Shown here: positions 63,120 through 64,000 of the stretch, piece by piece
How the letters are laid out: each line of letters opens with the position of its first letter
How positions within the stretch are numbered: the first letter of the stretch is position 1
Assembly: GCF_963921235.1 (NCBI RefSeq)
Contig: NC_086109.1
Span: 22,756,001 to 22,820,000, forward strand
DNA from: Mobula hypostoma
Lineage: Eukaryota
DNA: 64,000 nucleotides
Reading direction: 5' to 3'
The notes under the pieces: generated by a model
What the model was told of the DNA's origin: nothing
The model's input: the letters and a program-made list of their open reading frames with translations, nothing else
Databases searched by the model: none
Position numbers and translations under genes: made by a program

Positions 63120-63146
63120 ATATATATATATATATATATATATATA
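63120..63146. repeat. (TA)n microsatellite in a Rex1 tail
   Basis: TA run. Confidence 0.95.
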
Positions 63147-63399
63147 AATTAAATAAGTTGTGCAAAAAAGCAGGCAGAAAAATCATGAGGTGGTGCTCAT
63201 GGCTTCACGATCCATTCAGAAATCTGATGGCAGACGGGCCGAAACTCTTCCTAAAAAAACAGAGTGCAAGACTTTAGGCTCCTGTACCTCCTCTCTGATG
63301 GTAGTAATGAGAAGAGGGCATTTCTAGATGCTGGGGTCCTTAATGATGGGCGCCCATCACCCAGGACGTTGATCATTAAGGACCACCTCCACCCATAAT

Positions 63400-63890
63400 A
63401 TGATACTGACGCTCGATTGAAAATGAGATATTGTTTATCAAGCTTATATTGGGCTCCATTGCAACAGAAAGGCAGGTTAGAATGGAAGTGGGATGAGTTG
63501 AAACTCAGGATCACCTCCATTGACTGAACATGGGTGCTCTGCAAACTAACCACTCAATCTGCATTTGGTTTCTGCAATGTGGCAGAGACCACATAATGAT
63601 CATCAAATGGAGCACACGAGATCAAAAGATGTGCAAGTGAATTGCTGACTTACCTAGAAAGACTGTTTTGGTCCCTGGAAGAGGAGAAAGGTCAGGAGTG
63701 ACATCTCCTGTTGTTCCATGTAAAAGTGCCATAATATGGGGAGTGGTTGGTCGGGATAGAAGAGTGGGATAAGGAGTTGTGGAAGAAGTGAACCCTTTGA
63801 TGGGTTAAAAAGGAGGAGGTATTTCCCGGTGGGATCTTGTTGGAGTAGGCGGAAATTACGGCAGATATGATTCATTCAATGCAGAAGTCA
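63400..63890 (-). mobile_element. Old degraded Penelope-like GIY-YIG fragment
   Basis: Colinear similarity to 53800-54280, e.g. YKLDKQYLIF and FQGPKQSF. Confidence 0.65.
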
Positions 63891-64000
63891 GTAAGGATCA
63901 GAGTGTTCTGTTCATTCAAAATCAGAATCATGTTCAACATCACTGGCCAATGTCATGAAATTTGTCGTTTTGTGGCAGCAGAATAATAAAAAAAACTATA

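Overview
Eukaryotic, repeat-dominated vertebrate DNA, probably a large intron or intergenic region. The mix of CR1 and Rex1/Babar LINEs, V-SINEs, Deu-domain SINEs, Penelope-like elements and Tc1 points to a cartilaginous fish; this is inferred from repeat content only. No host gene could be recognised, and nearly all ORF-track entries are transposon fragments. Main elements: a young CR1 with an uninterrupted EN+RT ORF2 (35350-38489, -) and an inverted 5'-truncated sister copy (19839-21298, +); a Penelope-like GIY-YIG fragment with a 16-bp TSD and a minimal hammerhead ribozyme motif (53346-54289, -); short self-inverted derivatives of the same Penelope end (best at 4417-4647); two Tc1 pseudogene elements; a long-TIR hAT-like element enclosing LINE-derived cargo (16981-17570); small MITEs; two solo LTRs; and a tRNA-Thr/CORE-like SINE with 10-bp TSDs. 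Weak exon candidates and possible conserved non-coding islands are flagged at low confidence. Boundaries of old degraded repeats are approximate.
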